Part shown: positions 60,065 to 64,000 of the stretch, piece by piece
Position numbering within the stretch: the stretch's first letter is position 1
Layout of the letters: each line of letters begins with the position of its first letter
Assembly (NCBI GenBank): GCA_009914755.4
Contig: CP068257.2
Coordinates: forward strand, 27,776,001 to 27,840,000
Length of the DNA stretch: 64,000 nt
From: the human T2T-CHM13v2.0 reference genome, Homo sapiens
Direction: 5' to 3'
Notes under the pieces: generated by a model
Told to the model about the DNA's origin: nothing
What the model saw: the letters and a program-made list of their open reading frames with translations, nothing else
Database searches by the model: none
Program-made: the position numbers and the translations under genes

Positions 60065-62358
60065 TGAGCCCTTTATTAAACTCTTCAGACTCAGGTTGCC
60101 TTTTGTTCATTGTTTATCATTTTTCTTTAAAATGATCCTTGATCACTTCTTCAAGTTTCTTAGCCAGGGCTAAATTTATTATTACACATATTTAGGAAAG
60201 ATGCTGCTCAAAGAGATGAGTGTAGACCTTTGGGAGTAGATATTTTCAAAGGAGAGTCTTGGTGAAGGAAATTTCTGAGGGACTAGGTTTTGGAAAGAGA
60301 CCATTAATGGAGAATAATAATGGCTGCTACTAAAAGGAGGGTGAGTAATTGGTGCAGGGAAGAGATAAGTAAAGAAGTAAATGGACTGAAGTGGCTTAAG
60401 TTAAACAAACAAACATATTTTAAGTTCAAAGTCATTCAGAAGGGGGAGTGTATGGGATGTGGACTTTGTACAAAAATGAAAGCCATTTCGACCCTTGTGA
60501 GAAAAGAGTGTATTTAGAGGCAGAAGGCAAAATGCACACAGCTTGTGGATAAATGACCCATCTCTGGGATGAGGAAGGCACAAGTGGTGCTCCGAGAATC
60601 CCCCCAGTGAGCTGAATTTATGGTGGTGTGCAAGGCTGAGGACGTTTATTAGTAAATAACAAAGATCGTGTGCTAATGACCTGATCACTGGTCCATAATC
60701 AATCAGAGGTTGGTCTCTGTGCATAATTCTCCTGGGGGATTGTTAGAAGGAAATCATAGCTAAGGCCAGACACTGATTCACTGGGGGCCCCTTTGTCGTT
60801 CATGGGGGGCAGATATTCTATTTCTGTACATGTAGAACTTCTCTTTATTAGGGAAGCAGGAAGGAGTGACTGAAAGACGCTGTGTCTTTCTCTTGTGGTG
60901 TGGTTTCTAAATGCAGTGTATATCTGAGTAGAACCAAATTTAACTATGAATATTTGGGGGAAGGTAATGAGATGGTACATTATTCCTTTAGCAAAGGTTT
61001 TGATGAGCACAATGTATAATATAAGTATCTCCTACTTAAGTACAAAGTATATTTACAAATATGTTTGTTTATGTATAAAGACAGAATAATAGATTTATAT
61101 ATTATGAGTAGGAGGGTGATGTGGTTCATTTGCCAATCTATTAAGAAATATTATAAAATTACACATTCTTTCAGCCTTTTAATCTCAATATTTAATATAT
61201 TTCTTGTATCTTGTACATATTATTTAATTGTTTTCATACAAAACTAAAGATGCTGTTAACTGGTTTGCATCCAGTAAGAGGCAATTTGAGGCTAAATACA
61301 TTCTGCTTTCTTCATATAAAGTGAGTCTTATGTTTATTTCATCATACTTCGAATTGAGGTGGCCTATGCCTTTTGTCTTTAGTGTTGGAACTCTTGTTTT
61401 ATGTTTCCTATTTAACTTATAATGTAACACATGCAATAAAATAGTATTCGAGATGCTTTGACAAACTTGGTGTTTTGATCGAGGTGGCGCTGTTGGTAGA
61501 ACTGTTGGTAGAACCTGTTGGTGGGCAGGCACAATGCCACTTTATCACTGAGCAGTAGAGGCAGGAGAGTCCCTATCTGTCACATAAAAGCAGATTTAGG
61601 GGGATCAATACAGAGTGCATGAAAGTGAAGGTTAAGAGAAAGTACAATACGTAAAAGTCAGGAACTGTCAATATGCAAATCCTCAACTCTGGCAAAACCC
61701 CAGATCACCCATGATCCAGTGTGATGATAAAAATAAGCTCCTAAGTACTTTTTTTTTTTTTTAACTTTGGCATCTTGTGCAACTCATGAACTAGTAGTGT
61801 TTTCCTCCTTATTATTATTAGTGTTATTATTCAGCATTTTGCTACACCCTCCCCTTCTTTCCAACATCTAAATACCAGCAAATATGTTATGAGATGAAAA
61901 TGATGACATAGCACCTCTTTTCTGTCAGGTAGAAACATCTACATTCAAGGTTATCTGAAGGTAAAATATTTACTAAGTTATTTACTCTGTCTTTCTCCCA
62001 GGAGTCAAGGCAGAATGGGGGTCTCCAACAAGAGTGGCCTGGTACATCACCATACGATGGGGCCTATGTGTGTCTCTCTTGTGTTTAGCTTCACGCAAGA
62101 TGGGGCTTGGAGGTACCTGGGGGCTTATTTTTGTTGCGTGCCCACCATTGATTTTCCTTTCTAGTGTGTGTGAAATTACATTTCCCTGCAACTGAAAATC
62201 TGATTAATAAAAGTATGTCATTATCTTCCATAACAACAAATCCAGACATAGCTGCTTCCAGACGGAGGGTAGCAGCTCAGTCATGTCAGTAGGGACAGGG
62301 ACTGTGTTCATCCTTCTAGTTCATCACCCTCAGTCTGCAGGCTTTTAGACCTACTTAA

Positions 62359-62690
<332 letters not shown>

Positions 62691-62699
62691 TGCTGCAGT

Positions 62700-64000
62700 A
62701 TTCTTGGCATCAAGATGGTACTCCAAGATAAGGAGAAGAGGAGAGAAAGAGAAATTCTCAACTGGCTTTCTTTTCTTTCAACCGGGAAGAAACATCTCTC
62801 CCAAAAACTTCCATTTTCATTTCAATGGCTAGAAACTTGTGACATGGCAACCCCTTCTTGCAAACTGCAAAAGAGCCTGGAAAAGGAGCATGTGAACAAA
62901 CACAACAACATAGCTGTGACCAGCCTAACCAGTTGCCCTGCACTTTGTGTGTACATCCCTCCAGATCTCTACCCCTGCTAGCGTGTTGGCCAGAGCATCT
63001 TTCACTGCTCCTGCCCGGTCAGCTGGGTCCCTTGTGCTGCTGCCACAGCTGCTACTTGCCCAGTGACTTGCCACAGTGGCTGCCCCATTGTGTTGTCCTA
63101 GACACAACTTGACAGCATTTCCTGAACACACTCTGCTTCCCATCTCATGTCCTGGGAGTTCCCTGATGTCACTAGGGTAAGTGATGTAAACAGACCCTCA
63201 CTTCCGGCCCCCTGTGTACAATCTGGAAGTTTAGGGGAGGAGGTCAACCCATGGGGTAGACTTTGACTAACAGAAGATTGAAACTCATGGATAGCTTTGC
63301 CTTTCTGTCTGTGGCAGGACTGTCCTGGGAGCAGTGGCTGAGAGGCCATCCCCATATGCAGTAGCCAGCTACACCCATCTCCTGTATTTTTTGCATTTCT
63401 TTTCCATCCTTCCCTGCTTAATCTGTGACCTCATTCCTGCTTTTTGGAACTATACTCCCCAACAAAATAGTAGCACACAAGGCCTTGCCCCAGGCTGTGT
63501 TTAATAAAGACTCTGACTCCATTTTTGATGTTCAATTGCTGACATCCTTTAAGCCTCCCTGCTCCCTCTGTCTGTGAGCAGAAGCCCTCACGCCAGCCCC
63601 ATCTGCCACAAAACACCACACCAGTCTCCTCTTCCAGCTCTCTCAAACCATTTTCAGACCTGCCTGGAGCCTTCCTATTCCCCCCAGAAAGCCTTCTCTT
63701 GTGAATAATAAACAATTTCATACCCCCTAGGTGTGCGTATGGTGTCAGCAGTCTCAACATCAGGACCAAATTCTGGGTGATGTCCATTCTGCTTCTGCAG
63801 AGTGACTGCAGCACTCTGACACCAAACATTGTTTGTTCTCTGGGACTAGGCACACTGCCACCCTGAACAGTGATCAGAGTCCACTCAGTGAGGCAGATGT
63901 GGGAAGGACAGACGCTGTCCTGGCACTAGACCACAATGTAGAGAATTGGGGCCAAGACCCAGGAGGGGACACTTAGATCTCCCACCCCCATGGTGGTTAC
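62700..64000. other. GC-richer non-Alu segment with LTR-like character. It includes an AATAAA signal at about 63706. Family is unknown.
   Basis: Base composition shifts at about 62.7 kb. ...cttctcttgtgaataataaacaatttcataccccc... is typical of an LTR R/U5 boundary. No ORF is recognisable as a known protein. Confidence 0.3.

Noticed and set aside
63431-63853. 140-aa minus-strand ORF in the GC-richer terminal segment.
   Set aside because: No recognisable motif. An ORF of this length is expected by chance at this GC content. Reported only as part of the compositional anomaly.

Overview
This 64 kb window is human (primate) nuclear DNA, AT-rich and gene-poor. There are no bacterial, phage or archaeal features. 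I do not see the suggested novel biological system, and saying otherwise would be fabrication.

Almost everything I can recognise is interspersed repeats and microsatellites:
- About 28 Alu SINEs in both orientations, several with intact target-site duplications.
- At least six LINE-1 3'-end fragments, two of which carry internal inversions of the kind produced by twin priming.
- Several LTR elements of the MaLR type (THE1/MST/MLT1-like).
- One or two further LTR-like blocks, an ERV-like one at about 26.9-27.7 kb and a GC-rich one at 62.7-64.0 kb; I cannot name their families from memory.
- Several dinucleotide and pentanucleotide microsatellites and one 24-bp minisatellite.

The ORFs in the supplied six-frame track are overwhelmingly translations of Alu sequence (recurring peptides such as [29 protein letters not shown]) or of L1 ORF2. 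I could not support any host protein-coding exon, RNA gene or CRISPR array.

The most noteworthy structures are:
1. A young L1 with a 5' inversion, flanked by a target-site duplication and nested inside an older L1 (9.2-12.6 kb).
2. A second small inverted L1 inserted into a THE1 LTR (33.06-33.43 kb).
3. Very young AluY copies with perfect 14-17 bp target-site duplications (7.6, 51.5 and 62.4 kb).
4. A closely spaced inverted Alu pair (41.3-42.0 kb).
5. Two blocks of unusual CpG density that could be unmethylated regulatory DNA or young LTRs (2.1-2.6 kb and 17.8-18.9 kb).

All coordinates are approximate (about ±10 bp). All family assignments are from memory of consensus sequences, not from database searches.
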